Positions 32,623-36,243 of a DNA stretch of 36,243 nucleotides are shown here, one piece after another. The notes beneath the pieces were generated by a model that worked only from the letters and a program-made list of their open reading frames with translations, was not told the origin of the DNA and did not search any database. This stretch comes from Macrostomum lignano (lineage: Eukaryota). Within the stretch, counting starts at the first letter, position 1. Each line of letters opens with the position of its first letter. Position numbers and translations under genes: made by a program. The stretch lies in contig NIVC01003309.1 of assembly GCA_002269645.1 (NCBI GenBank), positions 1-36,243 on the forward strand, written 5' to 3'.

Positions 32623-32686
<64 letters not shown>
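32623..32686. repeat. (TC)n microsatellite, ~32 units
   Basis: Seen directly in the sequence. Confidence 0.97.
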
Positions 32687-32688
<2 letters not shown>

Positions 32689-33539
32689 CCACATCTTCCT
32701 TTCCAGTCTGTCGTCGAGCAGGGGGGGGTGTTTTTCGCGCGACTTTAATCAGCTTGAATAATGAGTACCATGTGAATATTGGGATATTTGTTTATGCGCA
32801 CGTATAAGCGCTAGGCTTGTGTGATCACTAGGACAACCCTGAAGCTCTGCTCAGACTCAAATTATCAAGCAAAAGGTTCCACAGCGTCTCGAGGGCTGGA
32901 CACAGGAAGGAGTCCAGCTGACTCAGGAAGTCGCTTAAAAGTGGGGTCCATTAAAACTCAATTGAGCATGAAATTCTTCTCCGCTTTGAGAAAGCTGGGC
33001 CCTAAAGAGCAGTAAAATGAAATAAAATTGATGCAGAAAAAGAAAGATTTTTGCGTGACAAAGCGAACCAGACGATGATGGAAGTGGGCGAGAAGGAACC
33101 TCGGATATAAAAATGAGCGAGCCTTCGGGGAGCCTCCGAGAGGCACACGATCAGACAGATAGACAGAAATTTCTATCACAATAAATTTGCCTTCAGCATT
33201 TTGTTTTCTAGGTAAACTCAAAAGAAAAAAAATCATCAATCTGCCTTAAAAAGCAACACATGAGGTTGCGAGTTGAGATATTTTCGTTGTTTCACGCAGA
33301 GATCGCGGGAGAATTCTGGGTTCAAAGTAAGGGCGTGAATGAGTGCCTGATTAATTAATTTCCATTTACGCTTGGCTTATTCTGAGTGTAAGCAGCTTCA
33401 ACAGCATCCATGAGACTGGAGTCACAGTTCATAGCATGATAAAAAACGCATGAAAGTGTACTTTAAAAACCTGGCAGTTTTTTATGTTCCTAATTTATAA
33501 AATAACGATTTTTAGAGCATTCAACAATGCTAATACAAC

Positions 33540-36090
<2,551 letters not shown>

Positions 36091-36243
36091 ATAATGCATT
36101 ATTAGGGGTTGAACACGCAGAATGGTTTTAAAGCTGAGTAACTGCTAGAAATCTGTATATTATTTCATCTTTATTGAAAAAGAATTAGTCGGATAAAAGG
36201 ATAAGGGGCTTCAGATAAAGCGAGATGCGTTCACCCTCTTCCC

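Overview
Eukaryotic (metazoan) genomic DNA. It is repeat-rich, has short GT-AG introns and carries TTAGGG tracts; the composition suggests an invertebrate such as a free-living flatworm, which is inference only. The largest structure is an 8.1-kb head-to-tail array (5815-13917, minus strand) of five divergent 1.3-2.5-kb non-autonomous Helitron-like units. Each unit has a T(C)TTAATACTAAAA-type 5' end followed by a GTTT/GTCT microsatellite, an internal (TTAGGG)3-5 tract, a 20-bp minisatellite and a conserved 3' hairpin followed by a CTCG terminus. To its right lies a minus-strand gene cluster: a frameshifted B-box-like/coiled-coil/putative beta-propeller (TRIM-like) pseudogene, a spliced ankyrin-repeat gene that the ORF track splits in two, an intact intronless 517-aa TRIM-like paralog and a third decayed paralog fragment. 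Further right is a single-exon RASL10-family small GTPase. The window also contains two hAT-type non-autonomous elements with 8-bp TSDs, a foldback/MITE-like element, several minisatellites and a 2.55-kb (GACA)n array with ~440-450-bp higher-order periodicity. Most other listed ORFs are low-complexity or antisense artefacts. No rRNA, tRNA or CRISPR features were seen.
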